This document shows positions 29,937-38,753 of a stretch of DNA of 64,000 bases, piece by piece. Source of the stretch: Thermoanaerobaculia bacterium (lineage in GTDB: Bacteria > Acidobacteriota > Thermoanaerobaculia > Gp7-AA8); assembly GCA_035546335.1 (NCBI GenBank), contig DATKDP010000002.1, positions 8,774-72,773 of the forward strand, written 5' to 3'. The translations under genes and the position numbers were made by a program. The notes below the pieces were generated by a model. It ran no database searches, was not told the origin of the DNA, and saw only the letters and a list, made by a program, of their open reading frames with translations. The stretch's first letter is position 1. Every line of letters begins with the position of its first letter.

Positions 29937-30818
29937 TCATTCCGCGAGCGTCAGCGGTGGTCCTGCGGGAGGCCGATCGCCGACGCCATCTTCCCTTCTC
30001 CAATCGTCGCGCTGGCGGACGAACGGAAGCGCGAGAATCCTTCCGATGGTCACATCGCGCGGATCGAGATACGCCGGAACGCCGATGGTGATCGAGTCGT
30101 GCGGAACGTCGAGACGCATCGTACGATGCAGATAGTCCCACCACGAGAGAATGCTCGACCAGTTGCTGTTCGTCTCGTTTCTCACCGCGGAGTGATGGAT
30201 TCCGTGCATGCGCGGCGTGACGATGAAGCGGACCAGCCATCGCTCGAGGCTCACCGGCAGCCGCAGGTTGGAGTGATGGAAGAGAATCGATACGAAGAGG
30301 ATCGTCTGCCAGACCCAGACCGAGAACGGATCGGCTCCGATCACGATGATCTGGATCGTGCGGTAGCCCACCGACAGCACCAGCTCGCCGAAGTGAAAAC
30401 GGAGTGCCGTCGACGCATCGAGATCGCGATCGACGTGATGCACGAGGTGAAAGCGCCAGAGGAACGGGACGACGTGGCTCGCCCAGTGCCAGATCCAGAG
30501 GGTGTAGTCGAACAGCACGATCGCGATCGCGATCTCGACGGAGTGTGGCAGCTCGATCAGGTTCAGCAGTCCGATACGCCGCTCCGCTGCCCACTGCGCC
30601 GCCGGGATCAGAAGCGGCGCCTGCAGAAACGTGAGAACAGCGAGCGAGATCCCGCCCGTGGTCAGATTGCGTACGATGCGCTGGAACTTCGGTTCGACGC
30701 TTCCCCGCAGCGGCCGAATCGTCTCGGAGATCAGTGCGATGAGAAATGTCCCGCCGACCACCGCTGTCGAGATCAGGCGTTGGGCGAGCACTGTGATCGG
30801 TGTGGCGTCGGGCAGCAT
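29937..30818 (-). CDS. Fatty acid hydroxylase / sterol desaturase superfamily membrane protein
   Basis: Histidine boxes HWASH, HLVHH, HHSN and HGIHH in a multi-TM protein. Confidence 0.8.
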   Translation of the reverse strand: MLPDATPITVLAQRLISTAVVGGTFLIALISETIRPLRGSVEPKFQRIVRNLTTGGISLAVLTFLQAPLLIPAAQWAAERRIGLLNLIELPHSVEIAIAIVLFDYTLWIWHWASHVVPFLWRFHLVHHVDRDLDASTALRFHFGELVLSVGYRTIQIIVIGADPFSVWVWQTILFVSILFHHSNLRLPVSLERWLVRFIVTPRMHGIHHSAVRNETNSNWSSILSWWDYLHRTMRLDVPHDSITIGVPAYLDPRDVTIGRILALPFVRQRDDWRREDGVGDRPPAGPPLTLAE

Positions 30819-30833
30819 GCTCTCCTCCGAACT

Positions 30834-31517
30834 TCATCCGCCGTGGTGGTGGATCAGTGTCGCGAGCTCGCAGTCGACCAGAGCACCGATCCGATCGACC
30901 GTGAGGTCGGGCGCCGGGTAGCTCGCCACCTTCGGGTCGTGTGCGTAGTGTCCCTGCCGCGGGAACACGGTGGTCACCCGATCGCCCCAAACGTTCTTGA
31001 CCTCCGTCAGGATTCGGACTTTGTCATCGATCAATACGTAGTGCCGTGCTGGAAAGCGCGCCTCGACGTCGTCCAGCTCCTGCTCTTTGTGGATGTAGAT
31101 GAGGACGCGACGTTCGACGGCATCGAAGAGCCCTGATCGCTCGACCTTGCGCGGCTGGAAGACGACGTCGCCGTCGGAGAGAATGACCGTCGGTCCCCAC
31201 GCGGCGAGGTGGTCGAGGACATCGAGCGAGCCGGGGAAAAGGCGATTCGCGAAGGGGTAGTCGACGAGGTAGGAAGAGAGGCGAAGTACGGCGGGATCGC
31301 GATGGTTCTCGAGGCGATAGCGCTGGAGGGCGCCAAGATAATCGGCGTAACCGAGCTCGGCGCGCAGCTCCTCGAAAATCGCCCAGTAACGCTCTTCGCA
31401 CTTCGCTCCGACGGTGCGCAGGAGAAACCGGCGCAGGTCGGCGGTGACGCGGTCGTTATCCAGCAGCGTGTTGTCGACGTCGAGCAGGAATACGACATCC
31501 GATTCGTTCATCGTCAT
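30834..31517 (-). CDS. HAD-superfamily hydrolase
   Basis: N-terminal motif I (VVFLLDVDNTLLD) and later SDGD / IDD motifs. Confidence 0.7.
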   Translation of the reverse strand: MTMNESDVVFLLDVDNTLLDNDRVTADLRRFLLRTVGAKCEERYWAIFEELRAELGYADYLGALQRYRLENHRDPAVLRLSSYLVDYPFANRLFPGSLDVLDHLAAWGPTVILSDGDVVFQPRKVERSGLFDAVERRVLIYIHKEQELDDVEARFPARHYVLIDDKVRILTEVKNVWGDRVTTVFPRQGHYAHDPKVASYPAPDLTVDRIGALVDCELATLIHHHGG

Positions 31518-31663
31518 TCGCCAGGGCCTCCCTCAGGTTGACGCATTCCCGTCGATGATATCCGACGAGCCGCCGGGAAGGTCTGAAGGGCGAAGCTGTT
31601 CGCCTGAGTCGGGGCTGGAATGATGCGGCCCGTATCGTGGTATATCCTCCCTAGAGGAGTCCG

Positions 31664-32224
31664 ATGAAGATCCAGCGCAATGATCCCTGTTCGTGCGGTA
31701 GCGGCAAGAAATACAAACACTGCTGTATGAACAAGGAAGCGGAGCGGCGCGATCTGCGAACCAAGGCGATCCTCGTGGTAATCGGGCTCGTTGTGCTCGC
31801 CGGAGGGCTCGCGATGCTGCGGGAGTCGCAGGCCGAGCCGGGTGTTGCCGCCTCGTCCGTTGCAGCTCCGGCCGGCAGGGCCCCCGCCGCTTCGTCTCCC
31901 CCTCCCGGGCCCGCACCTGCCGGGAAGGTCTGGTCACCGGAGCACGGTCACTGGCACGATGCAGCATCGACTCCTCGAGCTTCGGTCCAGCTCGCTCCAC
32001 CGTCCGCTGCGCAAGGATCCTCCACGCCGCCGCCGGGTCCGGCGCCTCCGGGCAAAGTCTGGTCTGCCCAGCACGGCCACTGGCATGACGCCTCCCCAGG
32101 CGTGGCTGCGGCACCGATGTCGTCGCCGCCTCGTCCTGTCGCGACGTCAGCGCCGCCTGGCCCTGCACCTCCGGGCAAAGTATGGTCCGCCGAGCACGGG
32201 CACTGGCATGACGTGCCCAAGTGA
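31664..32224 (+). CDS. SEC-C-motif membrane protein with three GKVWSxEHGHWHD repeats
   Basis: N-terminal DPCSCGSGKKYKHCC, one TM helix, then three Pro-rich repeats ending in HGHWHD. GAGGAG RBS. Confidence 0.75.
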   Translation: MKIQRNDPCSCGSGKKYKHCCMNKEAERRDLRTKAILVVIGLVVLAGGLAMLRESQAEPGVAASSVAAPAGRAPAASSPPPGPAPAGKVWSPEHGHWHDAASTPRASVQLAPPSAAQGSSTPPPGPAPPGKVWSAQHGHWHDASPGVAAAPMSSPPRPVATSAPPGPAPPGKVWSAEHGHWHDVPK

Positions 32225-32255
32225 GAGGCGAAGCTCTGAGGCGAAGCTCTGAGGG

Positions 32256-34139
32256 TCAGCCTGTGGAACGCCTGCCATCGTGCAGGCGAGTGCGGAGGTC
32301 GCGCAGCAGCTCGCCGGCTTCATACGGTTTCTGACGGAAAATCGTACGTCCGTCTTCGATGAGCGCCCGGATTCGCTCATGCCCGCCATAGCCGGTCGAC
32401 AGAACGATCAGGACGTCCTCGAGACGCCTGCGAATCTCTCCATGAACCTCATCTCCGCTCATCTCCGGCATCCCCAGGTCGAGAATGATGGCGTCGGGGC
32501 GCAGGCCCTCATCGAGCATCGCCAGCGCTTCCCTTCCACTCGACGCGACCTTCACGCTCGCTCCCGCTGACTCGAAGAACATGGCCAGGCCCTCGGCGAC
32601 GGACACTTCGTCGTCGATGATGAGAATGGAGAGTCCTTCGGCCTGCAGCCGCGATCCCTGCTGTTGCATGGCCGCGGGGCGTTGCATGCTACGTGGAAGG
32701 AGGAGTTGGAAGCTGGTTCCCGATCCTGGAGTGGAGTCGACATGGATCGATCCGCCGTGCCGCGCCACGGTCTGGTAGACGACCGAGAGTCCGAGCCCGC
32801 TTCCCTGATTGATCGGTTTGGTCGAGAAAAAGGGATCGTAGATACGGGCGAGCACGTCACGAGTCATGCCGCAGCCGCTGTCGCGAATCGCGAGGACGAC
32901 CCATTGGTCTCGCTCCTTCTGCCAGCGGATCGCTTCTGCCTGTGTGAGCAGGCGGGTCTCGAAGCTCAACACGCCGCCTTCGGGCATCGCGTCGCGGGCG
33001 TTGAGCACGAGATTGATGACGGCAGGAGAGAGCAGGCCGGCATCGCCGGTGACGAAGCAATCCTCGGCGCCACGCTCGATCTTGACGATGATGGATTCGG
33101 GAATCGATGGACGGATCGTTCGGATCTGATCGTCGAGAAACGCAGCGAGGTCGAGTGTGGTGACGTTCGGCTCACGCGGCTGCGCGAACTCGAGCAGTCG
33201 GCGCGTCCCCTCTCTTGCACGCATGACCGAGGCGCGGATCTGTGCCGAGGCTCGCGCCACGACCGCGTCATCGGGAAGATGTCTGCGGAGAACTTCGGCC
33301 CACGGGAGAGCGAGCATCATCGTGTTGTTGAAGTCGTGAGCGATTCCGGTCGCCATCCTGCCGAGCGAGTCGAGCTTCTGGGCCTGCGCCAGGGAGCGCT
33401 CCAGCTCGGCGGATTTCCGCACTGCGTCTTCCGCCCGGGTCTTCTCGATCTCGAGCCGGGCGGATTGATTCTCGAGCCGGTGGATCAGCGTCCTTGCGAG
33501 CAGAACCGCCTCCTGGAACCGATCACGGCGCCGCTCGACCTGACGTGCCACGAGGGAAAGATAGACACAAGCGGAATAGATCAGCGCACATTTCGCAATC
33601 GCTGATGGGACATCGACTGTCCTGCCGTCGATCAGAGTCACCCAGAGAATCATGCCGCCGTACGCCAGCACCGACATGTGCGTCAGGATGATCGCCCGAC
33701 GGAACGTCGTCGGAATCTGATCGGCGACGCGAATGAGCATCATCGGGAAGAGCCAGCTCTGGTCTCCACCGGTTTCACGCAGAATGTAGGCCCAGAGAAT
33801 GAGGTCCGCGTTGAGGAAGAAAAAGCCGAGATCGAATCGCGACGCCGGCTCGAACAGCCATCGAAGGATCAGCGTCGAAGCGACCACATAGATTGCGATC
33901 ACGGCGACGAGTCGCAACCAGCCGGTGGGAGAGAAGGAGCCGAGCACGAACAGGTTGTGAATCAGCGCGGCGACCGCGACGAAGGCGCAGCCGATCAGCC
34001 GAAGCCGCGGGATGACCGAGACGTTGACATGGCGAAGGTATGCGCGCTTCCGCCGGTCGCCTTCCTCGGACGAAACGCCGAGCTGGAGCTCAGAATGGGC
34101 GGCGACCGATTCCGGCTCGACTCGACTCTCTTTGGGCAT
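32256..34139 (-). CDS. Hybrid sensor histidine kinase / response regulator with a polytopic N-terminal membrane domain
   Basis: HisKA H-box (MATGIAHDFNN), HATPase N/G boxes, and a C-terminal receiver (ILIIDDE...IILDLGMPEMSG). Start ATG 34139 chosen; the ORF extends to 34304. Confidence 0.85.
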   Translation of the reverse strand: MPKESRVEPESVAAHSELQLGVSSEEGDRRKRAYLRHVNVSVIPRLRLIGCAFVAVAALIHNLFVLGSFSPTGWLRLVAVIAIYVVASTLILRWLFEPASRFDLGFFFLNADLILWAYILRETGGDQSWLFPMMLIRVADQIPTTFRRAIILTHMSVLAYGGMILWVTLIDGRTVDVPSAIAKCALIYSACVYLSLVARQVERRRDRFQEAVLLARTLIHRLENQSARLEIEKTRAEDAVRKSAELERSLAQAQKLDSLGRMATGIAHDFNNTMMLALPWAEVLRRHLPDDAVVARASAQIRASVMRAREGTRRLLEFAQPREPNVTTLDLAAFLDDQIRTIRPSIPESIIVKIERGAEDCFVTGDAGLLSPAVINLVLNARDAMPEGGVLSFETRLLTQAEAIRWQKERDQWVVLAIRDSGCGMTRDVLARIYDPFFSTKPINQGSGLGLSVVYQTVARHGGSIHVDSTPGSGTSFQLLLPRSMQRPAAMQQQGSRLQAEGLSILIIDDEVSVAEGLAMFFESAGASVKVASSGREALAMLDEGLRPDAIILDLGMPEMSGDEVHGEIRRRLEDVLIVLSTGYGGHERIRALIEDGRTIFRQKPYEAGELLRDLRTRLHDGRRSTG

Positions 34140-34357
34140 TGCTGGCGCGCTCACTTCTTCCGACTGCTCAGTCGGAGCTCGGGGGGACAAAAACCAGATG
34201 GCTTCACACGCGTGATTTCGGTTGTTGGACTGGCATTCTAATCCACGAGGAGTCTGGTGGTCGTGAAATCTCGCTGGCATGCCCGGAGTTACCCCTTTTG
34301 GCATACACTATCGGGCATAGACGAAATGTCGCCGGCGGATCAGCTCAGGAACCTCGC

Positions 34358-35275
34358 GTGACCAGAGAAGATGGCGAAGGCTCGAAGTGGGACAGCGCGC
34401 GGGAGCTGTACTTCCGTCTCGCTGCTTCCGGCCTCGTTTCGCCACGTCACTATCTCCCGTCGATGCCCGATGCCGGTTCGCTCGCGGCTCGTTCGGGACA
34501 TCTCGACATCGAGATCGTGAGCCATTGCTGGAAATATCACGGCCTGCTCGCCTATCAACTCAGCTCGCTCGTGAACCATCCGCCGAAGAGCGTCTCGGTG
34601 CGAATGACCGTCTTTCATTCACGCGAGGACGCGCCGACCGTGGAGCTGCTCGATTTTTTCTCGGCGATTCAGCTCGATGGTGTCACCTGGAACTTTCAGC
34701 CGCTGGAGACTCCGTACCTGCTGCGCAGGGCCATCGGACGCAACCTCGCGGCGCGCGCGACGACGGCCGACTGGATCTGGTTCACCGACTGCGACGTGAT
34801 CTTCCACGAAGATTGTCTCGATACATTGGCCGAGCGCCTTCAGGGCCGCCGCGATCCCCTCGTCTTTCCTCAGAAGGAGCATTGCACGGCCCTGCTGACA
34901 GGGGACGATCCGATGCTCACCGCGGCCGCGGATGCTCCGCGCGTCGTCGACATCGACGTTTCGCGATTCACTCCTCGTGTCTGCTCGGAGGCGAAGGGGC
35001 CGTTGCAGATCACGCATGGCGACGTAGCACGAGCCTGCGGCTACTGCGAATGTCTCGATATCTACCAGAAGCCCGCCCGCCACTGGCGGAAGGCCTACGA
35101 GGACCGCGCGTTCCGATGGCTGCTGCGCACCGAGGGCGTCGGGCTCGACATCGGAGGTGTGTACAGGATCCGTCACGCCGCGAAAGGGCGGTACGCCGAT
35201 TCTCGAGAAGCCCTCGTGCGGGGCAGCATCCGGCGCGTTCGTTCGTGGATGCAGGAGCGATGGCTCGGCCGCTGA
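34358..35275 (+). CDS. Putative glycosyltransferase (GT-A-like, DCD motif), orphan
   Basis: Coding-like composition. WIWFTDCDVIF resembles a DxD nucleotide-sugar motif. Start uncertain (GTG 34358 or ATG 34463). Confidence 0.45.
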   Translation: MTREDGEGSKWDSARELYFRLAASGLVSPRHYLPSMPDAGSLAARSGHLDIEIVSHCWKYHGLLAYQLSSLVNHPPKSVSVRMTVFHSREDAPTVELLDFFSAIQLDGVTWNFQPLETPYLLRRAIGRNLAARATTADWIWFTDCDVIFHEDCLDTLAERLQGRRDPLVFPQKEHCTALLTGDDPMLTAAADAPRVVDIDVSRFTPRVCSEAKGPLQITHGDVARACGYCECLDIYQKPARHWRKAYEDRAFRWLLRTEGVGLDIGGVYRIRHAAKGRYADSREALVRGSIRRVRSWMQERWLGR

Positions 35276-35316
35276 AGAAGCCGGCGGTGAAGGCATGGCG
35301 TTCGTGTCGGGAGCGT

Positions 35317-35550
35317 GAGGAGGGGAGCCCAGAAGGCTGACCGCGATCACCGTGACCGCATTGAAGACGAAGCCGGGAAGAATCTCGTAGACCTCGAACA
35401 CCCCACCGCTCAGCTGCTTCCAGATGATTACCGTGACTGCTCCGATGATCATGCCCGCCAGGGCGCCGCTTCGCGTCATTCGCCTCCAGAAGGACCGCGA
35501 GCACGGAGCGAGAAGCCAGAACCAGGTGGCGGCGGAGAGCGAGGATAGCT
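35317..35550 (-). pseudogene. putP: 3'-terminal remnant of a sodium:proline symporter (PutP) gene
   Basis: ...FWRRMTRSGALAGMIIGAVTVIIWKQLSGGVFEVYEILPGFVFNAVTVIAVSLLG is nearly colinear with the last two helices of E. coli PutP (MWSRMTRNGALAGMIIGALTVIVWKQ...LYEIIPGFIF...SLLG). About 400 codons of the 5' part are missing, and the frame then runs antisense into the neighbouring gene without a stop. Confidence 0.65.
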
Positions 35551-35623
35551 CAGATCGCCCCTCGCGGAAAGTTGTCGGCCGTGCAGATGCGCGCTTGCGT
35601 TTTCAGCTTCGACGTACGAGATT

Positions 35624-35679
35624 TTTCAGGTTTCAGGTTTCAGGTTTCAGGTTTCAGGTTTCAGGTTTCAGGTTTCAGG
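35624..35679. repeat. Perfect heptanucleotide tandem array (TTTCAGG)x8
   Basis: Eight identical 7-nt units counted directly, 56 nt with no mismatch, plus partial units on both sides. It lies between the putP remnant and ada. Confidence 0.97.
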
Positions 35680-35756
35680 TTCGCCTCCCTCTTTTGCGCA
35701 GTCCTGAAACATCCATGTCGCATTTTCGGTGGAAAGTCTCGATCCGACCCCCTACG

Positions 35757-36857
35757 ATGAGACTCATGACGCCGAACCTCCTTCCCGAGCGCGTGATGAT
35801 GAAGGCATTGCTCGAGCGCGATGCCTCGTTCGATGGACTCTTCGTCGCGGCGGTCACGACCACCGGCATCTTCTGCAAGCCGTCGTGTCCGGCACGCAAG
35901 CCGCTGGAGCGCAACGTCCGTTTTTTTCCCTCGCCGGCGCAGGCGTCGTTCGCCGGCTACCGTCCCTGCAAGCGGTGCCGACCGCTGAGCGTCGCCGCTG
36001 CTCCCGAATGGGTCGAACGACTTTTTCGCGAGATCGAAGCGAGGGAGGACAAGCGGATCCGCGATTCGGAGCTGCGCCGGATGGGAATCGATCCCGCCCG
36101 GGCGCGCCGGTTCTTTCAGAAGCACTACGGCCTGACGTTTCAGGCATACGTTCGAGCTCGCCGGCTGGGCTCCGCGCTCGCTCGGATCCGCAGCGGCGAA
36201 CCGCTCGAGGAGGTCGTCTTCGCCAGCGGGTACGAATCGCACAGCGGATTCCGCGACGCATTCTCGAGAACGTTCGGCAAGCCGCCCGGTCGCAGCCGCT
36301 CCACCGACTGTGTCGTCACCTCGCTCCTCGACACGCCTCTCGGCCCGATGCTCGCCGGCGCGACCACCGCCGGCGTCTGCCTTCTCGAGTTCAGTGACCG
36401 GAGAATGCTGGAGTTTCAGCTGCGCACCATTCGTCGCCTCTGTTTATGTGCGATCGTTCCGGGGAGCAACCGCTGGATCGAGCAGATGAACCGCGAGCTG
36501 GGAGAGTACTTCGCCGGCATGCGCCGCCGGTTCGATGTTGCTCTGGTCACGCCCGGGACCTCGTTTCAGCAGCGCGTCTGGACGGCGGTTCGCGCCGTCC
36601 CCTTCGGCGAGACGCGGACCTATGAAGACATCGCGCAGGAGATCGGAGAGCCGTCCGCCGTACGAGCGGCCGGCCATGCCAACGGGCTGAACCGGATCGC
36701 GATTCTGATTCCGTGTCACCGGCTCGTCCGCAAAGATGGAACACTGGGCGGCTACGGCGGAGGGCTGTGGAGAAAGCGGCGCCTGCTCGATCTGGAGGAG
36801 GGCGCCGTGGGCGCGCTGTCCGTCGGCGCATCAAAGCTCCGAACCGCTCATCAGTAG
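35757..36857 (+). CDS. ada: Bifunctional Ada-type regulator: Ada zinc methyl-acceptor domain, AraC HTH and O6-methylguanine-DNA methyltransferase
   Basis: TTGIFCKPSCPARK...GYRPCKRCRP (Ada N-domain), an AraC-type HTH (SGYESHSGFRDAFSRTFG), and a C-terminal MGMT with IPCHRLV. Alternative start at 35715. Confidence 0.88.
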   Translation: MRLMTPNLLPERVMMKALLERDASFDGLFVAAVTTTGIFCKPSCPARKPLERNVRFFPSPAQASFAGYRPCKRCRPLSVAAAPEWVERLFREIEAREDKRIRDSELRRMGIDPARARRFFQKHYGLTFQAYVRARRLGSALARIRSGEPLEEVVFASGYESHSGFRDAFSRTFGKPPGRSRSTDCVVTSLLDTPLGPMLAGATTAGVCLLEFSDRRMLEFQLRTIRRLCLCAIVPGSNRWIEQMNRELGEYFAGMRRRFDVALVTPGTSFQQRVWTAVRAVPFGETRTYEDIAQEIGEPSAVRAAGHANGLNRIAILIPCHRLVRKDGTLGGYGGGLWRKRRLLDLEEGAVGALSVGASKLRTAHQ

Positions 36858-37108
36858 GGTCGCCGTACATGGACATTCCGGGCCGAAGCGCGTATGGTGG
36901 AGCCAGGTCGAGGAATCTTCTTCGCCTCTTCAGTCATCTGAACTAAGTCAGATCCTCTGGACTCACTCCTCTTAGCCTCCTGGTCTCTCCGGGCCTTCGT
37001 TGTGCCATTTGCGGCAGCACCGGGAGAACGGCCGGCATGACCGGTCAGGAGCGCACACGAGAGGACGATCGATGCGGCCGCTCTCGTACTCGCTGGAAGG
37101 AGACGCTC

Positions 37109-37549
37109 ATGGTCGCGTGGTTGACGATTCTGGCTTTTGTCGTCGTTGCATTGCTGGGATGGAATCTCTATCGCCGCTTCGGCACCGACAGCATCGACGG
37201 ATTCAACGAGCGACGGCGCGCGACATCGCTTCTCGTGGGTCGTGGAGAGCTCATCGACGGAAACCGGCATCTCGATGTCGCGCTCGCGGTGACCGGAACG
37301 ACGCTCTTCTACGAGAACTCCGACATGCAGGCTTCCATCGATCTCGAATGGGTGCACGAGATCGAATACGACACCGAGCTCGCCACCGGTCGGGCGATCG
37401 ACGAGGGCAGAGTCCTGCGGCTGCGCTCGCGCAGCCAGACGCTCGAGCTCGTGCTGCCGAACGACGTCGTTTCACGCTGGTACGCAATTCTGCCTCCGCG
37501 CCGCTCTCTCGACACGCGGCTCGATGCGACGGTGGCAAGCACGGCATGA
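37109..37549 (+). CDS. Hypothetical membrane-anchored protein
   Basis: GGAAGGAG RBS 8 nt upstream of the ATG. N-terminal TM (VAWLTILAFVVVALLGW) followed by a soluble domain with no recognisable motif. Confidence 0.55.
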   Translation: MVAWLTILAFVVVALLGWNLYRRFGTDSIDGFNERRRATSLLVGRGELIDGNRHLDVALAVTGTTLFYENSDMQASIDLEWVHEIEYDTELATGRAIDEGRVLRLRSRSQTLELVLPNDVVSRWYAILPPRRSLDTRLDATVASTA

Positions 37550-37568
37550 GCCAAGTCCTCATCCGAAA

Positions 37569-37596
37569 GGGAGAGCGGGCGTCCCGCGCCCGCCCC
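37569..37596. repeat. GC hairpin repeat family D
   Basis: GGGAGAGCGGGCGTCCCGCGCCCGCCCC, 20 nt after the preceding stop. 7-bp stem GCGGGCG/CGCCCGC. Confidence 0.7.
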
Positions 37597-38018
37597 TGTT
37601 CCACACGAGACGATGCGACCCAGTGGCCGGCAGGCCGCGCGATCGCTCGATGGTGAGATTCACATCCCGGCAGAGATGCAAAGATCCTCAGCATCTCGCA
37701 TCATGCCGAGCGGTCCGTGGCAATCGTGCGAAGCGGTTCGCGGCGGGAGATCCCTCCTCAAGCACATCGTGAACCTGAAGCGGATTCACGCCTACAATGC
37801 CGTCAACCTCAAGAAAGGTTATCCTCTTCTCGAGATTCGGACTCCCCGGGAGGTCTCAGGTGATGGGTAAGCTCAAGGTAAAGGAATTCGACTGTGTTCA
37901 GAGCATGCGTGAGACGCGAGACAAACTCAGTTACGAGATCGCGGACATGAATTCCGAAGAGTTGCTCACGTGGCTCCGGACGCATCGGTACGGTGACCCG
38001 TTTCTTCAGCGCCCTGCG

Positions 38019-38702
38019 TCACTCGGGCTCCATGTCGCGGAGAGCGTCGAGATCGGTGATCACGAAACCGTCCTTGTCCGTGCGGACGATCTCGTCCCTC
38101 TGCCACCGGCTCATCAGCCTGATCGCGGTCTCCATCGTCGTTCCGATCAGGTCTGCGATCTCCTGGCGCGCGAGCGGCAAGGGGATGAAGATGCCATCGT
38201 CCTTCGCGACGCCGATCCGTTCGGCGAGCGTGAGGAAAAGACGGATGGCGCGACGTTCGACGGAGCCGGTCATGTCCGCGATGCGCTTGTTGACCGCCAT
38301 CAGACGCATGGTCAGCCCGGAGAGCAGATGACGCGTCATGTCCGGCCGCTTCTCCAGCAGTGCGAAGAACTCCCGCTCCGGGATCGAAAGAATCGTCGAA
38401 GGCTCCAGAGCGATCGCAGTCGCCGGGAACGGCCGGCGCTCGAATACCGCGACGGCTCCAACCGGCTCGCCGTCGCCGAGGATTTCGATGATCACGTCGC
38501 GCGCTCCGGCGGCCTTCACGATCTTGACACGGCCCGTGACCAGCAGATGGATGCGCTCCGCCGGATCGCCTTCACGGAAGACGACGTCGTTCTTCTCATA
38601 CGTGCCGAGGCGACAGAGTGGAGTGAGCGCATCGCGGTCCTCGTTTCGGAGAGAGGCGAGCAAGGGGATCGAGCCAAAAGGAAGCAGCGTCTGCACGGAC
38701 AC
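38019..38702 (-). CDS. Crp/Fnr-family transcriptional regulator (FNR/Dnr-like recognition helix)
   Basis: cNMP-binding-like barrel (VVFREGDPAERIHLLVTGRVKIV) and an HTH ...IADLIGTTMETAIRLMSRW that retains the E and R of the FNR E--SR motif. No in-frame ATG, so a GTG start at 38702 (or 38696) is proposed. The upstream part of the 322-aa ORF is translated repeat array. Confidence 0.8.
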   Translation of the reverse strand: MSVQTLLPFGSIPLLASLRNEDRDALTPLCRLGTYEKNDVVFREGDPAERIHLLVTGRVKIVKAAGARDVIIEILGDGEPVGAVAVFERRPFPATAIALEPSTILSIPEREFFALLEKRPDMTRHLLSGLTMRLMAVNKRIADMTGSVERRAIRLFLTLAERIGVAKDDGIFIPLPLARQEIADLIGTTMETAIRLMSRWQRDEIVRTDKDGFVITDLDALRDMEPE

Positions 38703-38753
38703 CGTGGAGCTTATACGAATGCGATGCCGCGAGACAGGGCCTCGCCCGGTGAG

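Noticed and set aside
34231-34304. Three TGGCAT motifs (34231, 34275, 34299) as sigma-54 -24 elements.
   Set aside because: None is followed by a GC-containing -12 element (TTGC) at the required GG-N10-GC spacing. The last motif overlaps an alternative ATG of the kinase ORF on the other strand. A repeated regulator half-site remains possible, but there is no further support.
34619-35479. A 286-aa minus-strand ORF as an intact gene.
   Set aside because: Only the first ~55 residues resemble a known protein (the PutP C-terminus). The rest is Pro/Ala/Arg-rich and is antisense to a better-supported plus-strand gene. It is treated as a gene remnant.
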